Assembly (NCBI GenBank): GCA_027319565.1
Contig: DAHVNA010000036.1
Location: forward strand, 1 to 19,781
DNA length: 19,781 bases
Direction of reading: 5' to 3'
Source: Elusimicrobiota bacterium
GTDB lineage: Bacteria > Elusimicrobiota > Elusimicrobia > UBA1565 > UBA9628
The position numbers and the translations under genes were made by a program. Shown one piece after another: positions 7,348 to 16,031 of the stretch. The notes beneath the pieces were generated by a model that saw only the letters and a list, made by a program, of their open reading frames with translations, was not told where the DNA came from and did not search any database. Position 1 is the stretch's first letter. The number at the start of each line of letters is the position of its first letter.

Positions 7348-8448
7348 TTAATGCGCAAGGCTCTGAAAAGAGCCGAAATTACCGGTTCCGGTTTGGGCAA
7401 TCAATTTTTGCAACATCTGAGGGTCCATGGATTTGAGCATGGCCTCTTCCATGGTGATCTGCCCCGAGTTGACCAGCTTGGCCAAGTCTTGATTGAGGGA
7501 AAACATTCCGGAAGCCGCTCCCGTTTCAATGGCGCCATTGATTTGGCTGATTTTGTTGTCTTGAATCAGTTTAGAGACGGCGGGGTTCATGACCATGACC
7601 TCTCGGGCGCAAGCCATGCCGCCCCCTTTGCGGGGCAGAAGGGTTTGACAGATGACTCCCGCAAGAACCGAACAGAGAATGACCCGCAAGCTGTTTTGTT
7701 GATCGCTGGGAAATTCTTCGATGATGCGGTTAACCGTTGAGGCCGCGTCCCGGGTGTGAAGAGTGGAAAAACAAAGGTGTCCTGTTTCCGCCGCGGCCAG
7801 GGCCAAGGCCATGGTTTCACGGTCTCGCATTTCTCCCACTAAAATTACGTCCGGATTTTGCCGGAGGGCGTATTTGAGGGCGCGGCCGAAAGAGCCGGTG
7901 TGAACGCCCACTTCTCTTTGGTTGACGAGAGAATTTTTGCTCTGGTAAAGAAATTCGATGGGGTCTTCAATAGTCAGGATGTGTTTATGCTGATTGGCGT
8001 TGATTCGCTCAATCATGGCGGCTAACGTGCTTGTTTTCCCGGAGCCCGTTGGCCCTGTCACCAAAACCAATCCTCTTGGAAGATTGCAGAAGTTTAAAAT
8101 GGTTTGATTGAGCCCGATCTGCTCCGGAGTCGGGATCACGCTTGGAATATGCCGAAAGGCGGCTGCAACACCGTAGGCTTGGAGAAAAACATTGGTTCTA
8201 AAACGTCCAACGCCTTTGACACTAAAGGCGAAATCCAGTTCATGTTCGCGCTCAAAATCTTTTTGCTGGGTTGGGTTTAAGGCGGAAAAAATCCACCTTT
8301 TGCATTCGGTGGCGTCCGGTGGGTTGATTCCCGGTAAAGGGCGGATGACGCCGTTGATGCGGGCGTTGGCCGGTTGATGGGGAGCTAAAAGGACATCGCT
8401 AGCTTTTTGCTGGACGGCCATCGCCAAGATTTCAGTTAATTCCGCCAT
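7348..8448 (-). CDS. pilT: Type IV pilus retraction ATPase, PilT/PilU family
   Basis: Walker A GPTGSGKT, Asp box TIEDPIE, Walker B LRQNPDVILVGEMRD, His box ETGHLCFSTLH; AAGGAG RBS at 8462-8457. Confidence 0.92.
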   Translation of the reverse strand: MAELTEILAMAVQQKASDVLLAPHQPANARINGVIRPLPGINPPDATECKRWIFSALNPTQQKDFEREHELDFAFSVKGVGRFRTNVFLQAYGVAAAFRHIPSVIPTPEQIGLNQTILNFCNLPRGLVLVTGPTGSGKTSTLAAMIERINANQHKHILTIEDPIEFLYQSKNSLVNQREVGVHTGSFGRALKYALRQNPDVILVGEMRDRETMALALAAAETGHLCFSTLHTRDAASTVNRIIEEFPSDQQNSLRVILCSVLAGVICQTLLPRKGGGMACAREVMVMNPAVSKLIQDNKISQINGAIETGAASGMFSLNQDLAKLVNSGQITMEEAMLKSMDPQMLQKLIAQTGTGNFGSFQSLAH

Positions 8449-8577
8449 AGAAGTGTCTCCTTGTTCAAAGTATACAAAAAGACTAATAAATTGAGAGGTT
8501 GGAGCCAGTGGATTCTTGTAATATTCTGGAAACCGAAAAAGTGGTTTTTTCCGTCATACTTTTTATAGGCTAGAAAA

Positions 8578-9678
8578 ATGAAAAAGATTAAATGGAGTTT
8601 GTTCCTTTTGATTTTCGGAGGCGTTTCAGCCTTTGGGGCGACGCTTCTCCCCAAAGATTTACAGGCGGCGGGCAAGGACGCTTTAAAGCTCTTATCCCAA
8701 TCCTTGTCAAATTCCGATGCGCGAGTTCGCTCTCAGGCGGCTAGGGCCTGGGGCATTATCGGAAATCCCGCCGCCATTCCAGTTTTAAAACAGGCTTTGC
8801 GCGATCAAGACGATTCCGTTCGGATTGCGGCGGCTTATAGCCTTTTTGAACTCAAGAGTCTTTCGGGCGTTCCCATTTTAAAATCCATCATTCGCCAGTC
8901 TTCTCAAAGCGCCTCCGATTCTTCTCCGGTCGCCGAGCTGCGCCGCATCGCCCATGATAAAATGCGGGTTTTAGCGATTCGAAAGCTCTTTGCCATTGAG
9001 GGGAAAAAATCGGAATCATTGCTTAGAAGTCTTCTCAACGACCCTTCCGGCGAGGTTCGCGATGCGGCGGCGGTGGGACTGGCGCGAATGGGGCTTTCGG
9101 ATTTCGTCTCTGAGTTTATCTCGGCTTTAGATAGCCCCGAGGTTCCGGTCAGAGTGGCGGCGGCGAGAGATCTTGGAGACATTGGAACTCCGGAGGCCTT
9201 AGAGGGCCTTGTTCGCGCGGCTTCTGATTCCGCGGTGGATGTCCGGGAAGAGGCGATGAGGGCCTTGCCGCAGTTTCCCGCCGCCCAAAGCGCTCCTCTT
9301 CTCACCCAGGCTTTGAAAGATGAAGATCCGCGGGTTCGCGCCCAGGCCTTGGCGGGTTTGTCTCTTTTATCTGATTCGGCTTCGATCCCGGCCCTTAAAA
9401 AAATATTGGACGATTCTCTCAATTCGGATACGCGTCTTGAAGCCGAGGCGGGGTTAGCTAGAAGAGGGAAAAAAGTGGATCTCAATTTACCGGAGAGAAT
9501 ATTAAACGCTTCGGATCCGGATTTAAAAAACCTGGCTTTAAATGTCTTGGGCGCTGACGACTCTTTTCATTCGGACCATTTGTTGTCCGATGTGGTGAAA
9601 TCAAGCGCCGATATTCGCCTGCGAATTAAGGCCGCCACGTTCCTTCTGGAACATCTTGCCGGCAGGAAGGGTTCGTGA
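8578..9678 (+). CDS. Exported HEAT-repeat (PBS lyase-like) protein
   Basis: Signal peptide MKKIKWSLFLLIFGGVSAFG; repeated L.D....VR..AA..LG units along the protein; stop overlaps the next start (GTGA). Confidence 0.9.
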   Translation: MKKIKWSLFLLIFGGVSAFGATLLPKDLQAAGKDALKLLSQSLSNSDARVRSQAARAWGIIGNPAAIPVLKQALRDQDDSVRIAAAYSLFELKSLSGVPILKSIIRQSSQSASDSSPVAELRRIAHDKMRVLAIRKLFAIEGKKSESLLRSLLNDPSGEVRDAAAVGLARMGLSDFVSEFISALDSPEVPVRVAAARDLGDIGTPEALEGLVRAASDSAVDVREEAMRALPQFPAAQSAPLLTQALKDEDPRVRAQALAGLSLLSDSASIPALKKILDDSLNSDTRLEAEAGLARRGKKVDLNLPERILNASDPDLKNLALNVLGADDSFHSDHLLSDVVKSSADIRLRIKAATFLLEHLAGRKGS

Positions 9679-12600
9679 TCAAAAAATTTCTTGCTTTCTT
9701 TTGCGCCGCTTTTTTCCTCTCAAGCCCCCTCTTGGCTTTCAAGGCCTCTTCCAAGTCTAAAACCGACATTCAGCGTTTTGGGCTCAATCAAGTCTTTCCA
9801 AAACCTCCTCTTTTTTCCGCGGGAGCTTCCTCGCCTTATATTTATTCTTACAATCACTCCCATTTCCCCAACCATGCGGTCGGGGTTCGAGCGGTTTCCC
9901 CCAGTTTTTCGGCGGAGCGTCCGAAGGCTGCGGCAGACGCCTTTCTGTCCGCGGTCGGAAAAAATCTCAATCTCAATCCCGCGGAACTTCAGTTTTTAAA
10001 CGAAAATTCTGGGCTCGGGAGCATGCACGCTCTTTATCAGCAGACTTATCAGGGACTTCCGGTCGAGTTTAGCCGGGTTAAGGTCCATATGGATTCAACC
10101 GGGGCGGTTTTAAGGCTTGACTCTAATTTTTTGCCGCACATTCAAATCAATACCGTTCCCAATATTCCCTCTTCCCAAGCGGCCCAGCTCGTCGCCCAGG
10201 ATTCAGGTGGAACTCCGGTGACCCCGACATTAGTGATATTTCCGGATTTAAATACGACAGCCCCTCATTTGGCTTGGCGTTTTCTGGTCCGAAAGCCACA
10301 GCATCTCTGGAGGTATTATGTAGACGCTCAAACCGGTCAAATTCTTCTCCGTTACGATATTCTAGAGTCGAGCGGTTTTTCCGGAAACGTCCAGGGAATG
10401 GTCTTTGACGTGGATCCCGCCTTCCAATCACAAACTCCCCAATGTTCTGGGGTTCTTCCTCCTTGCCTTATCCCCCGGCCTTTTGAAAATGAGTGGATCT
10501 ATGTGGGCGGACCTTCCTATCGCGCCGCTACCGATTCGAACGGAAATTATTCTTCCGCTCAGAATGGAGAAGTTTTTACCATGCTCCAGGGTCAATATGT
10601 CGATGTGTCCAGTTATTTTGGAGCCAACGCTTCATATGAAAATGAAGGGGGAGTCTGGGGAGTGACTCCGGAAAGCCTGTCTTTTGGTCCATCGCCGGCC
10701 TCAACTCCGGGAGGAATCATTTCAAGCCAGACTATCAGCGTTCCCTTGGGTTTGGGAGTGGTGGGTTTTCTTCCAATTTTCTCCAAGCTCAATGTGGGGG
10801 TCAATTTTAGCGCTTCAGGCGAAAATTTTGGAATCACGACCGATGACGAGCTTTTGATTTTAGATTCTAATGGAAATGTGATTGCAAGTTATGTAGGAGA
10901 CTTAACTCCATCCGGAGTGACTTCCTTTGCCGGCACGATGTCGGTTGGAAATTCTGAAAGCATTTTGCTCGCTGAGCAACCCGCAAGCCCGGGGGGAGAT
11001 TCTTATTCAATTGTTTCTTCCAGTTATTTGGTCTTGTCTAATCCCACCGTGACCGGATCCAATAATAACGTAATCTGGGCCGCTACGATGACTCCCTCGG
11101 GGATGGAAGGAGAATTAAGTCTCTATTACCATCTCAATTTGCAGCATGATTTTTTTAGCCAGGTTCTGGGACCGACTTTAAGCTCTGAATTTCTCAGCGG
11201 AAGAGCCTCGGCCCTGGCTTTCTTTGGCCCCAATATGACCAACGCCTTTTATGATCCCCAAGACGACAATATCTGGTTTGGAGACGGCGGCGCGACGCCG
11301 GTCAGTCAAGGCGGGAATTCCATTATGGATATTATGACCGATGACGCGACGGTGCCGCATCATGAACTGACCCATTACCTGGTCCAAAAGATTTGGCCGA
11401 TCACTAATTTCGGCCAATCGGGGGCTATCTCGGAAGGAAATGCCGATTTTTGGTCGGCGAATTCTCTTAACGATCCTGGCATTGGCTACTATGTTAATGG
11501 GGAAAGTCCTTCCTATGGTCCGGTGAGAAACCTGTGCGGGTCCAGCACGGATTCAAATAACGGCTGCGCGACTTTTGGCGGAATGGTCGATAGTTGTCGC
11601 GGAGTCCAACCTGCGGTTTATTCCAGCGCGACTTGGACGGGAGAAATTCACTGCGACGGAGAGTATTTTAGTCAGTCAATGTGGGAAATAAGAGGAAAAG
11701 AAATCGCGCGCGACGGCGCGTGCACGACCGGAGAGCTTTCAACCCCGCCCTCTTCTCCAGGAAATCAGCTCAATTGTCCCGCCATTAATTGCATTAGCCA
11801 GTTGGAAATGAACGCTCTCTTATTTTTTCCGGAAAGTTTTGAGGAGATGGAACAGGCTTTGCTGGATGTTAATTCAATGGGCCTGGCTCCGGCGTGCAGT
11901 TTTACTTCTTCTTCCAATATCGCTTCAGATATTGTCTCTTCCTTTCAGGATCATGGAGTTGAACTCTGCTCTTATCCGCAGATTAATTCCAACGACCCAT
12001 ATTGTAATAGCGGCTTTGAAACGGCCTTGGACGTCAGCACCCTAACGACTGTTACCGCCACTCTCTATCCCGCGGGAGAACAGGATTTCTACACCTTTGC
12101 CGCCGCTCCGGGCCCGATTAACATTACGCTTTATCTTTCCTCCTCAACCAATCATCCAGGCTACTATAAGGGCTATCAGATGACGCTGTTGGATGCCAAT
12201 CATGATATTATCACCACTGCCGCTCCCAGTTTTAACGGGCTCAACACAATTAATGGCTATTGCCTGTTTAACGATTGTGATGTGACCGCTTCCAGCGTGC
12301 AACTGAGTTACACGTCTTCGGGCGGGAGGTTTTTCTTGGACGTCACTGGCGGAAACGACGGTTCTGACTCGGTTAGCGGGGCCAGTTCTTTAAACCCGTA
12401 TACCTTGGACTTTAGCTTTCCGCAGATTAACGCCTTGTCCGCCAATGTGGTCAGCGCCGCTGTCAATCAAGATCTGATTAGTTTTCAGGTTTCTATTGCC
12501 TCTAATGTAAGCGCTTCGCAGTTGGGTTCAGTTTCTCATCTCCAGACACCGCAATACTTTTTCGCATATGCCCAGCTTCGAGACCAATCTCAGAATGTTC

Positions 12601-13106
12601 TACCCAATACCCAGACATCTCCCGCTTCGCCTTCCAATTATTTGGCCGTGGTTTCTTCGACTAATGTCAACGGGCAGATTTCCGGATCGGTTCAGATCCA
12701 GAATAATTTTTCCTCGCGCTTTCCGGCGGTGGGAACGGTGTATCTGGAAGTGTTCGCATATGATATCGCTGGCAGCACCGTCAGCATGGGACTGTCCGGT
12801 CCTTTGAGTTTGGGAACCTCTCAAACCGATGCCTCGGCTTGGAATAATCTTTTTAATCCCCTCAAGGGCCAAGAAGCGACGATTAAATATCAGATTCAGC
12901 AGGCGGGGCATGTCACGGTCAAGGTCTATACCATGAATGGAGAAGAAGTCGCGACCTTGTTTGACGGCAATGTCGCCGCTGGAACAGGTTCGGTCAACTG
13001 GGATGGAAAAAATTTGCGCAGTTATGTCGTGGCCAGCGGAATCTATCTTGTTCGAGTGACGGGACCCGGACTATCTAAAATTTTAAAGGTGGCGGTCGTG
13101 AAATAA
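9675..13106 (+). CDS. Secreted multidomain zinc metalloprotease (M4/M36-like) with FTP/PepSY propeptide, PPC-like domain and C-terminal FlgD-Ig/T9SS-like domain
   Basis: Signal peptide; YQQTYQGLPV (FTP) and LAWRF..YYVDAQTGQIL (PepSY); NAFY; zinc motif HELTH at 11361-11375; third ligand in GAISEGNADF; EIHCDGE; PPC-like LYPAGEQDFYTF; terminal NLFNP..VKVYTMNGEEV..WDGKN..VASGIY..KVAVVK. Confidence 0.88.
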   Translation: MIKKFLAFFCAAFFLSSPLLAFKASSKSKTDIQRFGLNQVFPKPPLFSAGASSPYIYSYNHSHFPNHAVGVRAVSPSFSAERPKAAADAFLSAVGKNLNLNPAELQFLNENSGLGSMHALYQQTYQGLPVEFSRVKVHMDSTGAVLRLDSNFLPHIQINTVPNIPSSQAAQLVAQDSGGTPVTPTLVIFPDLNTTAPHLAWRFLVRKPQHLWRYYVDAQTGQILLRYDILESSGFSGNVQGMVFDVDPAFQSQTPQCSGVLPPCLIPRPFENEWIYVGGPSYRAATDSNGNYSSAQNGEVFTMLQGQYVDVSSYFGANASYENEGGVWGVTPESLSFGPSPASTPGGIISSQTISVPLGLGVVGFLPIFSKLNVGVNFSASGENFGITTDDELLILDSNGNVIASYVGDLTPSGVTSFAGTMSVGNSESILLAEQPASPGGDSYSIVSSSYLVLSNPTVTGSNNNVIWAATMTPSGMEGELSLYYHLNLQHDFFSQVLGPTLSSEFLSGRASALAFFGPNMTNAFYDPQDDNIWFGDGGATPVSQGGNSIMDIMTDDATVPHHELTHYLVQKIWPITNFGQSGAISEGNADFWSANSLNDPGIGYYVNGESPSYGPVRNLCGSSTDSNNGCATFGGMVDSCRGVQPAVYSSATWTGEIHCDGEYFSQSMWEIRGKEIARDGACTTGELSTPPSSPGNQLNCPAINCISQLEMNALLFFPESFEEMEQALLDVNSMGLAPACSFTSSSNIASDIVSSFQDHGVELCSYPQINSNDPYCNSGFETALDVSTLTTVTATLYPAGEQDFYTFAAAPGPINITLYLSSSTNHPGYYKGYQMTLLDANHDIITTAAPSFNGLNTINGYCLFNDCDVTASSVQLSYTSSGGRFFLDVTGGNDGSDSVSGASSLNPYTLDFSFPQINALSANVVSAAVNQDLISFQVSIASNVSASQLGSVSHLQTPQYFFAYAQLRDQSQNVLPNTQTSPASPSNYLAVVSSTNVNGQISGSVQIQNNFSSRFPAVGTVYLEVFAYDIAGSTVSMGLSGPLSLGTSQTDASAWNNLFNPLKGQEATIKYQIQQAGHVTVKVYTMNGEEVATLFDGNVAAGTGSVNWDGKNLRSYVVASGIYLVRVTGPGLSKILKVAVVK

Positions 13107-13122
13107 AACGAAAGAGATATTA

Positions 13123-14262
13123 ATGATTCTTCTTGGGCTGCTTCTCGGTTTTGCTTCTTTCGCCCAGGCCCAGTATGGGCCTGGGGTGACGGCCGCGCCT
13201 GTTTTGCAGGTTCCTCTTGGCAGCCGCGCTCTTGGAATGGGTGGCGCTTATACCGCTATTTCCAACGACGCTTCCGCTCTCTACTATAATCCGGCGGGCC
13301 TGAGCCGCTTAAATACCCAGGAAGTGGACGCGACCTTTATGGGCGGCGTGGTGGACAACAGCTACGAAGATTTCGATTACGCGGCACCGATCGCTTTTAA
13401 AGGTATTTTTGGAAATGGAGACGCGAGTATTGGGGCGAGTTTAGTCGTTTCCCAAAATGGAGTCATTGACATTAACAACACTAATCCCGATGGTTCATTT
13501 CAATCCGCCCAATCTTTAAACGCCGGATCCGATATTGTCGCCCGGGTCGGCTATTCCGAGCGTGTGGCCAAGAGTTCCTTGGATTTGGGAGATTACGAAC
13601 ACCGGGTGAATCAATTTCTTGGAGTGGAGGGCGAATACATTCACTCAAGCTTGGTCCAAGCCTATTCCGCCCAAACTTTTTCCGGTTCCATCGGCTATTT
13701 GGCTGATATTCCCGATGAGGGCATTTCTCTGGGCCTTTCCGCTAACAATGTCGGCGGGAGTCTTAACTATGGCGGTTATGCCGACCCGATACCGACCATT
13801 TTACGAGCGGGACTTGCCTATCAAGGTCATGTTCCCAACGGCGATAACTACACTTTGTCGATGGATTCCATCTATATCGCCCAAGAGAGAATGTATAACG
13901 TGGATGCGGGGGCGGAATATGATTTGATGGATCTTGTCGCCTTCAGGGCGGGGTATCAATTCATTCAGACTTCCATGGGGATCACGGCCGGTTTTGGCCT
14001 TCACTGGAAATCGCGCATTTATCTCGATTATGCCTGGGCCTTGGCGACCAACGGCTTTAACGATCTCCAGCGCGTGACTCTCAGCTACCGCTTTGGCGGA
14101 GAAATTCGCCCTGGAGAGGGGCATCAAAAGAAACTTCGGGAAGGCGCGGGCGGAAACGTGTCTCCGCTCAAAAATTTAGAAGAACAGCCTATTATCACCA
14201 ATCCAACAGGGACGCCGCAGAGCCCCAAGCCGAATGTTCTTCCGGGCTGGATGATCTATTGA
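13123..14262 (+). CDS. PorV/PorQ (UPF0164/FadL-like) family outer-membrane beta-barrel
   Basis: Signal peptide ending AQA; signature GSRALGMGGAYTAISNDASALYYNPAGL; AFRAGY; last strands LDYAW..RVTLSYRF followed by a ~55-aa tail. Confidence 0.87.
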   Translation: MILLGLLLGFASFAQAQYGPGVTAAPVLQVPLGSRALGMGGAYTAISNDASALYYNPAGLSRLNTQEVDATFMGGVVDNSYEDFDYAAPIAFKGIFGNGDASIGASLVVSQNGVIDINNTNPDGSFQSAQSLNAGSDIVARVGYSERVAKSSLDLGDYEHRVNQFLGVEGEYIHSSLVQAYSAQTFSGSIGYLADIPDEGISLGLSANNVGGSLNYGGYADPIPTILRAGLAYQGHVPNGDNYTLSMDSIYIAQERMYNVDAGAEYDLMDLVAFRAGYQFIQTSMGITAGFGLHWKSRIYLDYAWALATNGFNDLQRVTLSYRFGGEIRPGEGHQKKLREGAGGNVSPLKNLEEQPIITNPTGTPQSPKPNVLPGWMIY

Positions 14263-14272
14263 GTTGGACGGC

Positions 14273-15562
14273 CTATCTAAGCGCGACTATCTTTGAGGCG
14301 TCCGGAATTCCGTTGCCTTCATCGGTTGCGGGCGCGCATTCCGGTCCCCTGAAAATCACCTTGGGACATAAAAGAGAAGAAGAGGAGTTAAGCGCTCCTT
14401 TGACCGATTCCGGTCCTGAAATTCCCGAGGCGATTGCCAGCGCCGCGACGCCTGCGATATGAGGGCTCGCCATCGAGGTTCCCGACATTTTCTCGTAGCC
14501 GTTGGGAACCGTGGATAAAATGTTGTCTCCCGGCGCCGTGATGTCGACCGCGGGACCGAAACTGGAAAAAGGCGCAATGTGATCTTTTCTATCTGATGCC
14601 GCGACCGCGATGACCCAAGGATAGGCTCCGGGATAGTCCACCGTGCTGGTTTCTCCGCTTCGAGAGGCGTTTTCTCCGTCATTTCCGGCGGCGGCGACGA
14701 TGACGACTCCGGCTTGATAGGCTTTGTGAACGGCTTGTTCAAGGGCGGTGGCGGCTGTCGGAGCTCCTAGAGACATATTGATGACCTGGGCTCCATGAGT
14801 CATGGCCCAGTAAATTCCGCTGACCACATCCGAAAGGTTTCCGGAGCCGTCGGCGCTGAGCACTTTGACCGGAATGAGAGTGACCCGGGGGGCCACTCCG
14901 AATACACCGCCGTCTTTTCCTTGCCCCGCGATGATTCCAGCCACGTGGGTGCCGTGCCCGTTGTCATCCATCGGCGGAGTGGCGGCGTTGGTCATGTTGG
15001 CGCCGTCCGATAAATTGCAGTTGAGATCGGGGTGGGCGCAATCGACCCCGGTGTCGATAATGGCGACGCGGACGCCGTTTCCTTGGGTTTTGACCCAGGC
15101 CTGAGGGGCTTTGAGGCGGCGAAGGTTCCAGTGAATTCCGGGAGTCGAGGGCTGGTGTTGTCCCCAGGGCCAGTGAAAGCGCGCGTTTTGGGCAAACCCC
15201 TGAGCCTGCTCAAAAGAGGCCGATAAAGAAGGGCTTTCATCGACATCTTTAATCCAATTAATGCGAAAATCTTTTTCCGCCGCGCGCAAAGAGGGAGAGT
15301 TTTTGCTTTCCTCCATGATAGCGAGAGTTCGCGCCTTAGGGACTTCGATAATCGCGATATTAAAGCCCGGGAGGTCTTCAACGGGAATCGCGCCTTTAAT
15401 AGAGGAAAGAATTTTTCGTTTTTCCTCCGGAGTCGCGTTTTTGCGGAAGGTAAGAATCATCCGCGTGTATCCGGCTTGAGTTGGTTGCGCAAAAACAGGT
15501 TTTCTTAAAAGCGAAATTCCTAAAAGGACTATGAAAAGACTACAAGCGATCTTTTTAAGCAT
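14273..15562 (-). CDS. Secreted subtilisin-like serine protease (S8) with I9-like propeptide
   Basis: Catalytic triad motifs VAIIDTG, NGHGTHVAG and SGTSMASPH; oxyanion motif AAAGN. Start reassigned to ATG 15562, which has AAGGAG at 15576-15571 and begins a signal peptide MLKKIACSLFIVLLG..PVFA. Confidence 0.95.
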   Translation of the reverse strand: MLKKIACSLFIVLLGISLLRKPVFAQPTQAGYTRMILTFRKNATPEEKRKILSSIKGAIPVEDLPGFNIAIIEVPKARTLAIMEESKNSPSLRAAEKDFRINWIKDVDESPSLSASFEQAQGFAQNARFHWPWGQHQPSTPGIHWNLRRLKAPQAWVKTQGNGVRVAIIDTGVDCAHPDLNCNLSDGANMTNAATPPMDDNGHGTHVAGIIAGQGKDGGVFGVAPRVTLIPVKVLSADGSGNLSDVVSGIYWAMTHGAQVINMSLGAPTAATALEQAVHKAYQAGVVIVAAAGNDGENASRSGETSTVDYPGAYPWVIAVAASDRKDHIAPFSSFGPAVDITAPGDNILSTVPNGYEKMSGTSMASPHIAGVAALAIASGISGPESVKGALNSSSSLLCPKVIFRGPECAPATDEGNGIPDASKIVALR

Positions 15563-15647
15563 GGGTCTGTCTCCTTGGAGTCCCAAAGGACTTCTTAGGC
15601 AAGGCTGGCATATATCAATTGCCGATGTCAAATTATGAGGCGGGGGC

Positions 15648-15676
15648 TTGACGCGGGGCGAGAAAACATACACAAT
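15648..15676 (+). promoter_or_regulatory. Putative sigma70-type promoter of the SWIB gene
   Basis: TTGACG (15648-15653), 17-bp spacer, CACAAT (15671-15676); TAAGGAG RBS downstream, ahead of ATG 15722. Confidence 0.6.
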
Positions 15677-15721
15677 AAGGCTCTGGACTTATTTGAATCA
15701 TCAAGCAGTAAGGAGAAAACT

Positions 15722-15979
15722 ATGGCTAAAAAAGCGAATGCCGCCTTCATGAAAGAATTGACCCCGAGTTCTGAATTGGCCCAAATTGTCGGATCTAAGG
15801 CCCTTCCCCGGACCGAAGTGGTTAAGAAATTGTGGGCGTATATCAAAAAGCAGGACCTGCAGGACAAGAAAAACAGGCGTCAGATCAACGCGGACGATAA
15901 GCTCAAAGCCGTCTTCGGCGGAAAGTCTTCCGTTAATATGTTTGAGATGACCAAGCTTGTCAGCAAGCATTTAAGCTAA
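15722..15979 (+). CDS. Standalone SWIB/MDM2-domain protein (85 aa)
   Basis: MAKKANAAFMKELTPSSELAQIVG..LPRTEVVKKLWAYIKKQDLQDKKNRRQINADDKLKAVFGG..MFEMTKLVSKHL matches the bacterial SWIB pattern. The strong RBS supports a start at 15722 rather than 15635. Confidence 0.93.
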   Translation: MAKKANAAFMKELTPSSELAQIVGSKALPRTEVVKKLWAYIKKQDLQDKKNRRQINADDKLKAVFGGKSSVNMFEMTKLVSKHLS

Positions 15980-15998
15980 GACGAAGTTAAAAGTATTG

Positions 15999-16031
15999 GG
16001 AGGCCGCTTTCGAGCGGCCTCCTTTATTTTT
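15999..16031 (+). terminator. Rho-independent terminator after the SWIB gene
   Basis: Perfect 10-bp stem GGAGGCCGCT-TTCG-AGCGGCCTCC (15999-16022) followed by TTTATTTTT; it abuts the stop of the convergent gene. Confidence 0.9.

Noticed and set aside
8904..9485. 193-aa antisense ORF, and the other short overlapping ORFs in the track
   Set aside because: They lie within well-supported genes, are Ser/Arg/Ala-rich shadow translations and have no recognisable motifs.
2092..13106. Bacteroidota-type D-(S/T)-(A/I/L/V/M/T) O-glycosylation sequons in the exported proteins
   Set aside because: The three-residue motif is expected by chance at this frequency, and enrichment cannot be shown without computation.
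15603..15631. Perfect TTGACA on the minus strand as the subtilisin promoter
   Set aside because: No acceptable -10 hexamer at 16-18 bp spacing.
15563..15721. Longer N-termini for the subtilisin (15673) and SWIB (15635) ORFs, implying overlapping divergent genes
   Set aside because: Strong SD sequences and domain or signal-peptide boundaries support starts at 15562 and 15722, leaving a normal divergent intergenic region.
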